A stretch of DNA of 64,000 bases, taken from Catajapyx aquilonaris (taxonomy: Eukaryota). Shown here one piece after another: positions 13,116 through 24,493 of the stretch. The stretch covers positions 1-64,000 of the forward strand of contig KZ538193.1 in NCBI GenBank assembly GCA_000934665.2, read 5' to 3'. Position 1 is the first letter of the stretch. Each line of letters starts with the position of its first letter. A program made the position numbers and the translations under genes. The notes beneath the pieces are model-generated. The model searched no databases and was not told the origin of the DNA. It saw only the letters and a list, made by a program, of their open reading frames with translations.

Positions 13116-13167
13116 ACAAGGCCAGTTGTACGCTAAATGTGCACATTTAGCGTACAACTGGCCTTGT
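13116..13167. repeat. 52 bp perfect spacerless palindrome
   Basis: ACAAGGCCAGTTGTACGCTAAATGTG|CACATTTAGCGTACAACTGGCCTTGT. The ORF track shows the same peptide (YAKCAHLAYNWPC) on both strands. A tandem CCACAAGG duplication overlaps the left end. Confidence 0.95.
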
Positions 13168-14004
13168 TGTTTATTACAACAAGACGAGGTCAGCAGTGAA
13201 TCTTACGTACAGGTGCGGCTATCACACCATATCTGCAGAAAATAATATCTTCAAGAGTATAGGGTACTTCAGGCAATGTTGTGTGTATGTAATTCTACGA
13301 CGTGTGGGAAATTCCCTTTACAATCCCGAGTGCCTGTTTATCACTCTTTATAAATTAATAATTCCGAACTGCAAGTAGCTGCCTTTATTTTGGAATCCGG
13401 AGCTATACCTCTATAAACATAAAATGACTATAAAATATGCAAAGTCGCTTCAATAAAATCTGTACAGTGAATACGCAGTACAGTTGCGACAACAGTAACT
13501 GCAGTCCTGCAAATGAATTCAAACACCTGACGAAAAATGCTGACAGTTCCACAAATTTTTCTCTGGCACTCATAAAGAAGAAAAATATGCGACAGAAGCA
13601 ATAAAGTTATCCCTTTTATATTTTTATACTACTGCATTTCTGCAATCATTTAGTGCAAAAAAGGAAACTAATATTTTCACAATTACAAACTTTAGCGAGT
13701 TACTAATAATTATGATTTTCATGGCGTATATTTGTCCATCCAAACCCAGCATGCAACAACATTTTTCATATTGACACAAATGACACTTTGAGACGCTTGT
13801 TATGCTGACAGCATCCCCGATTTCTTCAATGAATGTGATAGAAGGTCACACACATTTCTTCCACAAATCCGTCCCCAATCGATGCGGCAGGTGAATCATT
13901 AATGGGCATTGATCAACCGCCCTCAAGCTGTTCCCTTCTCCAACATCAAGTTGTGTGTGAGAAAGGCTTATTTTAATCCCCGGAGCTACGATATTAGACC
14001 CATT

Positions 14005-14115
14005 TGACGACCAATCAGCTGGCAGGCGGCAACCCCCTATCCCTCTCCCTTCCCCCCCTCTCCTCTCTTTCCCCCTAGAACCAATCGGGAGTGTCGCGCG
14101 AGTATAAACGTTGTC
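14005..14115 (+). promoter_or_regulatory. Candidate hbn core promoter
   Basis: Two CCAAT boxes (14011, 14081) and TATAAA at 14103-14108, about 330 bp upstream of the hbn ATG. The transcription start is not demonstrable from sequence. Confidence 0.35.
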
Positions 14116-14432
14116 AACATCCATTAAATTCCCGATGCAACCAACCACGAGACCATCTGGGTCGACAAGTCTGAGGGCCAATGCCTTCCTCCCAGTCATT
14201 GGCGCACCGCGTCTCCCCCCAAAAAGAAGGGTCCCCTCTACTCTCTACTAGCTAAAGCGAAACTAAAACTTTTGGAACCCCCCCACTCTCCATTGATCCT
14301 CCATACAAGCCTGTGCTGCTGGGTTTGTATCTCGAAAGGTCTGGAGATAGCCCGCTAGAGAGGGTTTGAGTGCGCGACGGTTGAGCGCCGTGGTCGGACA
14401 CCAGCAGTTCGGGAAGGGCATCTGTACCGACC

Positions 14433-14568
14433 ATGATGGACAGAGCCATGCCTGCTGAGATCAAGGAGACCTCGTCGTCGCCCGTGTCCTCCAGGTACAA
14501 CGGGTACAGCATCGAGCACATACTGGACTTGGGCACCAGGAAGAAGAAGAAGGACATGGAGCACAAAG
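14433..14568 (+). CDS. hbn: homeobrain coding exon 1 (eh1/octapeptide)
   Basis: ACCATG start. Translates MMDRAMPAEIKETSSSPVSSRYNGYSIEHILDLGTRKKKKDMEHK, with eh1/octapeptide-like YSIEHILD. Donor AAG|gtgagg is phase 1 and matches exon 2. Not in the ORF track; translated manually. Confidence 0.85.
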
Positions 14569-17358
14569 GTGAGGTTACACTTTTTTGTGTGTGTGTTTGC
14601 TCGATTTAGCAGCTGGAGCAGGGAGAGGGGCTAATAATGGGTTTGTTGCGTGGAGAGATAGAAGGCTTTACAAAATATTGACTGTGGCCAGGTGAACGCT
14701 TTTATCTGTGTAAACAACATTGAGAGCGCAGCTTGGGAAGCCCACGTGGACAGTGTTAACAACCTCTCTGTGACACGCAGCTTTTAATCGAGTGTTTTGA
14801 TTGACTCTGCTGCTGGGCCTCTGGAATACTCTCTATAAGTGAAATAGAGGCCGGTGATAACAGTCAGGGGATATAACCGGAGTGTATTTATAGGAATTAG
14901 GTTGAACTGCGACGGAATAACATGGCCGTATATAAATCGTATAGAAGCGAATACATTCAAGGAGAAATTCTCTGGAGCTTCATCTGAAAGTTATGTGTGA
15001 CACTGTGTAAACATTATTGTTATAGCACTGCAAACACGCGGTAATGATAAGGGATCGTTTGCTTAGAAATTCCAGAGCATATTTTTAGTGTGCGAATGCA
15101 AATTGACATTTAGAAGCTTGACAGCACTGTGCAAATGCAAAAGTTATGAAATCCAATGTGTTACATGATGCAGCAAAAGTAATATTATAATCTGCCCGAC
15201 TCTTGATAATTAGAAATGAAATTGACAATTTCATAATCATTATCGAACCTTTATTAGCAATTCTGTACTCATTGTTGTATGCACAAAGGCGGGTAATTAT
15301 TGGCTTTGATGGTACAAAAAACCGCCAGATGTTGCACATATTTTTTTCTCTATTCTCGAAGAACTGAGTGATTGTCATTTTGATCTACATAATATTATGA
15401 AACAGAGCGGAATACTGGTGGGTGACTTTTAATATACTCAATGATGCAATTATTATTCGTATGAATTTATGTAGATTTGATTAATTATTTTATTTAAAGT
15501 GACGAAAGTATTACTCAGCGGGAGAAAAACAGTTCCATTGGAAGTCTGAGTGAAAAACATTGCAATTGAGCAGAAAATCCTTCAAAATGATCTATAGACA
15601 GCACAGCCTCATGTGTTAATAAAAATGCACGGAACAATACAAGGATACAATAAAATGAATGCATGTGATGAATTTTGTGCATCATGCACACGCAATATTT
15701 GTTTTATTTATGGTATGGGGAAACTGCCAATCTTGTTGTGCTATGACATACACCTAAATTGCTCATTACCACTTGATTTATTCCTCACGCATCCCTGATG
15801 CTAAGGGGTATCGGTGATATCACCTTTTGTACTTCAGTTAGTGCTGTAATTACCTGGCATTAACGACAGCACAACCAATTACTTTCCCCCAATAGTTGCA
15901 TAAATAATACGATTAACGAGGGATATACAAAAACAATCAATTTGGCCGATGTCGTCTTGCATACATGACACACTAACGCGAAAAGAGTCATTCATGCGAG
16001 GACGAGGCCGGCCATTGACATGCAATAACGTGTCACATCCATTTCATACAACACATTAGTACATTAATTCGCATCCGGTTATTTTTGTAGGACCCCCTTC
16101 TGATACCGGAACAAAGGGAACGTGGGAACATGTGACATCGATATTGTTCACTAATTATCACCGCTCTGTCGGTACCATTCGCATTGTCCCAATAAATGTA
16201 CTCGCATTTGCATATTCACGCTCTTTCAGCCTTACAAGAGCCTCGCCAAACTGTGTTCTCAAGGAAAATATAGTAACAATAACTCATATTGACAGGTGTT
16301 TATAATTTACCGAATGAATCAGTTGTATTTTTTTTAAATAATGAGTGCGTGATATGAGTGAACTGATTAACAAATAAATAATTTTAAGTGCAGTCCAGTG
16401 CCGCATCAATTAAATGTGTCGTTTGACATCAGATTAGATCAAACCGAGCGTTTTAAGTTAGACCAAGTTTTTATCCTGAATCCTATGGCCCAAGGGGTGT
16501 TTATCATGCCCCAGATTTTCTTGACGGTTTTTGACGCCAGCCTTTCGCCGGGATGCGCCGGAGAGCCTTTGTGCCTGATATTCCTCTTTTCTTTCGGGGC
16601 TTCCAGAGGTAGAGATTGGATCTCATGGGTTGGTGCCCCGGAGTCCTTCGGGCTCAATCTCTTCAATGGACCGATCTGTAAAGGAAGGCGGGCCGTTTCT
16701 TTTCATTCGAGTGTCCAAATACTTTTGTACCAGCAGATCATTTGGAGCAGTTGGGCACGATCTCGACCCGTTTCTTCTTTTTTTTTTATCCATCCTATAC
16801 ACTGACCGGGCTTCTCATGAGAACACGTTTGAGAGGATTGTGGCTTAATCTGAAAAAGGGACATTGGTCCAACACTGAAGTGGAGGGAGCCCCCGCCACG
16901 TAAGGGCTTGTTTATCCCCAACTAATTGGCATTTCAGCAGACAATACCCTTTTTTTGTACATTAAATCTCCCCCTATACCTTATACAGCTTAATGAGGCA
17001 GAGAATAAGAGCGGAGAATTTAACAGTAATTTGAGTCCCTTAATATACACAAGTTCATAACCAAACGTGGCCGTTCGTCTATGTAAAGCGTCCCCTCCCA
17101 TCATCTCTGTGTCTCTTCTCTTCTTGGCGAGGTTCTGCCCGCGGCAGCTCTTTTCACTCCTTGGAGAATCAGCAAGGCATGAAATCGCTCCCAGGGTATC
17201 AGCAATATTCGCCGGGCCTTATTATGTTCTCGCTGCTTGCCCTTTGTACTGTAAAATGTTTTATTCAAACGCGATTAGCGTGCTGACCACCTGATTGAAA
17301 CCCAATTAGAGAGATGGAGGGGTGTCCTCTAGTTTCTCATATAAAAGGTGGGGGGGGG

Positions 17359-17598
17359 NNNNNNNNNNNNNNNNNNNNNNNNNNNNNNNNNNNNNNNNNN
17401 NNNNNNNNNNNNNNNNNNNNNNNNNNNNNNNNNNNNNNNNNNNNNNNNNNNNNNNNNNNNNNNNNNNNNNNNNNNNNNNNNNNNNNNNNNNNNNNNNNNN
17501 NNNNNNNNNNNNNNNNNNNNNNNNNNNNNNNNNNNNNNNNNNNNNNNNNNNNNNNNNNNNNNNNNNNNNNNNNNNNNNNNNNNNNNNNNNNNNNNNNN
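17359..17598. other. Assembly gap (240 N) flanked by poly-G, inside hbn intron 1
   Basis: Run of N seen directly. Confidence 1.
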
Positions 17599-18111
17599 GG
17601 GGGGGGGGGGAGAGAGAGAGAAAGAACCCTCTTTTTGGCTCAAAATGGATAATGTAGTGATTTGCCCCCAAAGTGAGCCATCTTGGTTTACCGACGTCAG
17701 TTAGTGAACTGCTTGATTTATTGCAAGGGCAGCCATTTTGATCAATAATTGCAGCAGTGATCTTCTTACAATAAGTACAACATGTGCCAAAAAAAAAGTT
17801 GTAAAATGGCAACTCTGCGGAAGCTGCTGCTGCTGGGCTCCACGCCTGATCTCTCCTGGATGACTTTATCCGAGCGTGACGGTTCGGGCGATGCCAGAGA
17901 AGCTCCTTTCAAATTATTAAGCCCGTAAACAGCCCATTATTTTCCCCTTTGGCAGACGCGTCCCTCGAGTTAATCAAGCCTTCACGATCGCTTCCAATAA
18001 CTGCTGCCTATTCAACAGCAAGTAAATGGGCATTCGTCTCGTACAAAAAGGTGGTTACCGGTGATTCAGCTCACTCAATATAAATCCGTTTGAACTTTTT
18101 TATTATTGCAG

Positions 18112-18437
18112 AATCTCCGCCACTTTCACCCAAGAACCTGAGTTTCGCAGCGTCTCTGAGTCCCCCAGTAGTAGAGAGCTTCCAGAGCGAGACGGAGGAG
18201 AATTCGACCTCGTTCAAGGCTGACCCAAGCCCTCCAACGACCCCTAATTCCGGGCAGAAATCCGGGCAGGCGCCGGAGGAGGAGGAAAAGCCCCGGAAGG
18301 TCCGGAGGAGTCGAACCACATTCACCACATACCAGTTGCACCAGTTGGAAAGAGCCTTTGAGAAGACGCAGTATCCTGACGTCTTCACGAGGGAAGAGTT
18401 AGCTCTCAGGTTGGACCTCAGCGAAGCAAGGGTTCAG
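18112..18437 (+). CDS. hbn: homeobrain coding exon 2 (homeodomain residues 1-46)
   Basis: Acceptor ttattattgcag, donor CAG|gtgagt. Encodes [49 protein letters not shown]. The [27 protein letters not shown] signature is characteristic of Homeobrain. Confidence 0.95.
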
Positions 18438-21400
18438 GTGAGTGATCAGAATTGGTGGACAGAAAATTTTAGGGACATGTTTGACCACATCTGAGGTCAG
18501 GAGTTCGATTCTCAAATCGAAGAAGAGGCTTTTCTCATGTGGGAAGTCTTTTAATTTATTATTGTTCGCATCGGCTGCATAATATTTAAAAAAATGCAGG
18601 AGAAGTGTCAGTTTGCGATTTCTTTTGCAATAAGTTGCATATATTAAGCATTTACTTATAGAAGGTTTTAAAACGTACTGAATAGCTGTCAATATAAGGT
18701 AAATGGAAGCCTTAACTCAGACCAATGAATTTCCGAGCATAGAATATTGGGCGAGAGCAATTTTAACCCATTTACCTGTTACCATTTTATTGCAGAAGAA
18801 AACTCTCAGAGGATGCTTAATTATACGCTCGTATTTATCGTATTATGTGCGTACAGTACATCCTACAGTATAACGTATATTGTGAGATAATTTTCTCACC
18901 GCTTTTAAAAGTAATTCTAAAGGTTTATACTGCTAACTTAGCAGTACTATTTTGCCAAACACTGGTACTTTTAGCAGTAACTTTCAGTTGAACGAAAATT
19001 CCACCCTTATTGTTTAACATTTTAGCTTAGTGCGAAAAATCGTCAATTAACGACAGACGTTGTAAACAGAGAAAATACAAAAACCAGGACGCGTTATTTA
19101 TTTATTTATGTATCATATTATTTTTATTTATTAGTGCAGAAAATTGCGTAACATAGGCGCTGGCCGCACCTACAAAATTGGCGCGTTGCATAAACAAGAG
19201 ATAGCGAATTATCTTGTCAGTTCAGTCGATATAGTAACCCTGTTTGTTGGGGTTTTTAATCGCTAATGGATCAAATAGAGACATTAAGGCGTGTACTACC
19301 TTGTATATCTTGTTGGTACTTGACTGAATGAAATTGAGTGCTCGCGAATTGTGACTCATGACGAGGAAAAATATTCTGCAAGAAGATAATATGCAATTGA
19401 TTATGCGAAGAACTTTGCCCGCGATTGCCTGTTAAAATTACACTGTTGGAATTTCGTTCTTAAAATATGCGCAAAGTATGAAATGCGTCTTCCAATAGCA
19501 TTTCCATTACTTTATATGACTGTATAGGCTTCTTGCTGTCTATTGTTTTCACTAGTATAGTTTTACATTCTTTTTCTCCCTGAAACAGCACCAAATTCTT
19601 CTTCAAATGGATTTTTGAGTGAACATGTTAATAAGATCAGAATGGCCTAATTGAATCAGTCAACAGAAGGTTGGGACTACGAAACGTGTTGCTGAAATAT
19701 GTCAATTACAGAAAGAAATTAAACCGCTCCAAATGACCATAAAACGGCTTATAATAATATATTAACAATTCGCTTTTTACCACTTAGTTAGGTTTTAAGT
19801 TTTAATTCCGGTCTAAATCCATCTGTAGTAGTTTATTGTGCATATAAAACACTTTAAAAAACACGAATTCCTATTTTAACTTCTCGTATAATATTGGAAT
19901 CATACCGGGCAAAAGACGCAGCTGCATAATCCTCAAAATGCAATTTCACAAAGCCGCCTATTAGTCACCCTGTACACACCGTACAATAGCTAAACAACCT
20001 GAGAATTTCACCAAAAGCGTGCGCAGACATACGTGATTGATAGAGTCACTATAACGTAATGGCAGGGGGAATAAAATTGGTCAGAAATTAGCGCCGTTTC
20101 AATTCCTGCAATGTGAGCATAAGTCATGGGAATGGCAAACAAGACCGCCATGAATTGTGTGTATTGGAGGTGGGGGAGTTCAAGGGGGGTACGGAGTGTA
20201 GAGGGGNGGGGGGGGGGGCGCCACCCCATCTCTATTGTACACCCAATTGCTTCTATTGTGCAGGAGGAGAGGAGAATGGGGGAAATGACTCTGCTTCAAA
20301 TGGTCAGCGATGCTTCCACGCTCCACGGGTAATTGTGCCTCGTTTGTGAGCCCTAATTAGGAAAAAAATAGTTTCGAATTAAGATGCTATTCATCCAGTG
20401 GAGGGAGCCCCTGGTTTGTTGGCAGCGATTTGGGGAATTAGATTGGCTCCCCCCTTTATTTCCTCTTTTAGTGAACGCCAATGAAGGGAACAGATTCTTC
20501 GTGTTATTACTAAAGGAGAGAGAGACTTCTTTTCATGTGCGGCACAGTCGGTGGCATTACCTCACAAGCGACGACAGTATTTGGAGAGTGATTACGAGGC
20601 CTGTTCATGTGATCGTGTTTTCAGTTAGAGAAGCGTTATGGTCATTGACTACCATCACATACTTTCTCCAGGCGTGATAACGGTTAATCTGAGTTTAATT
20701 AGATGGTTTACTCGAAGGTCGAGCTCTCTGATAAATGAGTGTATATCTCCGAGGGTTGGTGATAAATAATATTGTTGTCTTAATTACTAAACTTTCACTA
20801 TAGGTGATTGACTCAAGTTCATATCTGCTGTGTACATGTAAGGCTACCAGCAATCTTTCTGGGAAGCTTATAGGAAGGAGGAAAGTGTTTCTCTCTTTAC
20901 CTAAGCTGAAATATAAAGCAATCATAGGGGCGACGTTTTTGCCGCGGGGAATAACTGATCTCATTGTATAGCCTTTGATAGAGTAACTCAATTAATCGCT
21001 GCGACATTAATGAAATTGTGTCGGCCTAATATGCTATGAATGAGTAATTTTCATTTCCCTGGCATTCAGCACCCAATTGTCGAGTGCATACTTCAAAGGA
21101 TAATTAACGTGTTAGTGTCTGATCATAATAATTGCTTGTAGTCACCTTCAGAAGAAACATCTAATTATCTCTTGGATATACTTATTTGAAATTCTCTTAC
21201 AAACCCTCGCAGTTTGGAAGCGTTTTTGAAAAGGAAAATGGGCTGGAATATAATACAACTACTCATAATAGTGCACACTGAAAGGTTGCTGGGATCGTTT
21301 TCTTTGTGAAGGAATTTGGCTGCTATGGATCCCTTCAATTGGGAGTCTTTTCACGTTTCAATTTTGCTCCACAGTAACGTAATTATTTGGTCACGTTGTG

Positions 21401-23059
21401 AGCCAACGACTTCCCATTAGGTGGAATTCTCTCCTTCATGGCATTGTGTTCGGTTCGTTGGGAAAGCAGCCCGTTTGCGGAATCCTGTCTGAAAGGAAAG
21501 AAGAAGAGGAGAGGATCCTTTCTTCAGACTCTCCTTCGAGGGGGCCAATACTATATATGCACACTCTATACAGAATTAGATTTTTTTCTCTCCGCTTAAG
21601 CAGGGTATTTAAGCTCTAAAAAGGAAGCCGAAGAATAAGTGTGTCTGGGGGAAAAGTTATGTCATTTTCCAGTAATTGTCCTCGACAGTATATATAGGTT
21701 GATGTTTTGTAGTTTATTATTATATCCATATCCGGATAGTAAGGTCCGTTTATTTATTAGAAAACCCACCATACACCCCGAAAATATTCATTTGTACATC
21801 TGAAATCGACAACTGTCTACTTTTTTTCGCAATAGTTTCTAAGCAAATATAATCATTTTTCATTGAGCTACACTAGATTTTGTATGCCTAGATGTCTTCC
21901 GCCAGCCATTTTCGCAATCCCTGAACGAGGACCTCTATGACATAGGCATTCAAAATCTAGTGTAATTCAATGAAAAATGATTCGATTTGTTTGGAAACTA
22001 TTGCGAAAAAAGTAGACAGTTTCAGATGTACAAAGGAAAATTTTGTAGGGTGCATTGTGGGTTTTCTAATAAATAAATTGACCTTACTTTCCGGATGCGC
22101 TAATACTAAAGCCATGGCATGTATTATGATTGGTGAAGTAATATGTTGTAATTGGCAGGCATCAAGTACCTGTAGAGTCTTACACGAAATAAGCCCAGCA
22201 ATTTGCATGGGAATCAAAATGTTATAGTTCGCCGCAGGTTTACTGTAGTCTTTCAAAATCCGTTGCCTAAAAATAAGACGCGTAAGGTGAAGTTCTTTGA
22301 GAGGTTATGCAATAAGGCGAAAAACTGCAACAATAAGCTTTTGAACCGATTAATTTTGCCCTCTAACGTGATTCAGTTGCCAAATATGCCAAGATCTACG
22401 GAAGATTGTCGATCATTATTCCAGAGCCAATGAAATCAGTACTGATCGTTATTACATTTATAAAAAATAAAACTCATTCGCAAAGCTATGTCGACATGAA
22501 AAAAATATTGCATACGAATGACTCTCAAAATCATAATTATGTTTTCAGAATCCTTATTACGATCAAAATCACCTTAACAATGGTATGAAATATATATTTT
22601 TGACCTACCATGCTGTTCATTCTTTTTATTACACTGGATAGTACCGTAGTTAATATACACATATTCCATGTGAAGGTGATGTGAATTAATATAGGCTACA
22701 TTAAATTCAGTTATTATTGCAAGTGACATTGCAAAACCCATCTGAGTTTGCACTGCTGTGCGTATACATCTTTTCGCAATATTGTCCTGACAAGAGATAA
22801 TATCTCACAATTTTAATTCATTTTTATGTGAGTATATGAGACCAAAATTATCCCGATAAGCTGCTGACTGATGTAAGTTACATATAGGCTAATGCGGGTT
22901 ATACCCTCTGTGTGACATTGAAAATGTTATCACCCCGGTATTTTCATCACAGATTTTATACAATGAAAAAGTGATAATGATATTAATAATAGCATATGCC
23001 GCTGCAATGCTGAACCAGTGACGCATCGATTACAATTATTTTTATTTTATTTTTTCTAG

Positions 23060-23153
23060 GTGTGGTTTCAAAACCGCCGTGCGAAATGGCGCAAAAGAGA
23101 AAAAGCCCTTGGGAGAGACAACCCCAACTGTCTACCAGGAGACTCTCAATCAG
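23060..23153 (+). CDS. hbn: homeobrain coding exon 3 (homeodomain helix 3)
   Basis: Acceptor tttttctag. Translates VWFQNRRAKWRKREKALGRDNPNCLPGDSQS (Q50). Donor CAG|gtacgg, phase 1. Confidence 0.95.
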
Positions 23154-23288
23154 GTACGGTTGCTTAACAGCAATTAATTAGTGGCACCCTGCCTAAGTAG
23201 AGGCCCCTCACTGTAAAGTGTTATTACGTCAGTTTGTAAGGTAAACCAAGGCCTGCTCCTGTTTTTAAAACTCACCTTTCCACATTAG

Positions 23289-23785
23289 ACTGTCTGAACA
23301 AATACGGCTACCTTGCAACTTATCTGACCGCTTCAGGAGTGGCCGACTTCAGACTCCAGCATCCCCTGAGCGCGTCTGAAGCCATCTGGGCCAACACCCC
23401 CGGGGCCCTGAGCGGGATCCCAGGCCTGGGCTTCGGCCACCTCTTGGCCCTCCCTCCGCCCCTGCACCCGGCCGTCTCGACGCCCTGGACTCCAAAGGCC
23501 CCGGGGCCATTCCACGGGCTGCTCTCCCAGTACGTGGTGGGCCCCATGCTCAGCGGGCTGCCACCTCCTACCGCCCTCGGGCTGGCCTCCTTGCCCCCGG
23601 GCTCGTTGGCCCTCGGGTCACTCGCCGCGGGAAGGGCTGCCCTCCAGATGCAGGAGCTGACCTCGGAGGTCAGGCTCAAGTCGCCCCCGGCCACCAGGCC
23701 CATGGACTTAAAGAGCGAGGGGATCAGGCAGCAGAATAAGGACCAGAGTCGGTTGATGACCCCGTCACCATCCAAGGTGTCATAG
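23289..23785 (+). CDS. hbn: homeobrain terminal coding exon (alternative start 23337)
   Basis: GC-rich, Pro/Leu/Gly-rich ORF (…IWANTPG…PFHGLLSQYVVG…PSKVS*) in phase with exon 3. Two phase-compatible acceptors exist (AG ending 23288 or 23336). Stop TAG ends at 23785. Confidence 0.85.
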
Positions 23786-24216
23786 GCCAAAAAACACGGG
23801 TCCATTTTTCAGTGCGTGTGATGTATAAAGTGTAATAATGTACACTCTTTGTCATAGGGTGTAGGTGTCCATTATTTTGTGTAGTGGTGGCCCAGTGAGA
23901 ATGTAAAGGGCGGAATTCAGAGACAGTGTTGTCTATAACATAAATCTGTAAATTCCATCCATTTGCCACATGTCAAATTGTGTTTCCAGCACGATGCATA
24001 AGAACGATCATTTTCAGAAATGCCCATCATTCACTGCACCAGAACGATTCAAATTCCCCAGATGTTTTATTATTTAAACAAGTTCATTTATTAAAAAGCG
24101 ATGTTATCAGTATTAATTTGTACCTAGATATTTTATTCCTGCCGCTTTGTTGAACAGGTCACATATGAACTGTCGAAAAGCCAATATTATACTGTACCTT
24201 TGCTCATTCCAATACC

Positions 24217-24358
24217 CGAGGGGGTAATCACTCTGATACATGGATTCTCTAGATGAATTCTCATGGACATTAAGCAGATTTCTTCCGCTCATTCTCCATG
24301 ATTTTCCCCCAGTGTTTGGAAATATTCACGCTCTATTACCAGAATGATTACCCCTTCG
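24217..24358. mobile_element. Degenerate MITE-like element (CGAGGG-type TIRs) in probable hbn 3' UTR
   Basis: Left end CGAGGGGGTAATCACTCTGATA versus reverse complement of right end CGAAGGGGTAATCATTCTGGTA (19/22 identical). Confidence 0.6.
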
Positions 24359-24403
24359 TTCATACGATAAATCAGGCCTAGTAATTTCCACAGTGACCCA
24401 GGT

Positions 24404-24493
24404 AATAAACCAGCACGCCCTGTTGTGCTGCCAAGTCCATCAAGATGAAATCCGGTTGTTTTTCAAACCTATTCCCCGCTTTCTGTGAATAAA
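24404..24493 (+). terminator. Candidate hbn polyadenylation signals
   Basis: AATAAA at 24404-24409 and 24488-24493, downstream of the hbn stop. An ATTAAA also occurs near 24090. Confidence 0.35.

Noticed and set aside
17306..17812. Cluster of ORFs in several frames
   Set aside because: Artefact of the 240 N gap. A small hidden hbn exon there cannot be excluded, but exons 1 and 2 already join in frame.
18491..18508. CTGAGGTCAGGAGTTCGA, which as I recall matches the primate Alu B-box region
   Set aside because: Only 18 nt, and the flanks do not continue as Alu. Treated as a chance or generic B-box-like match, not contamination.
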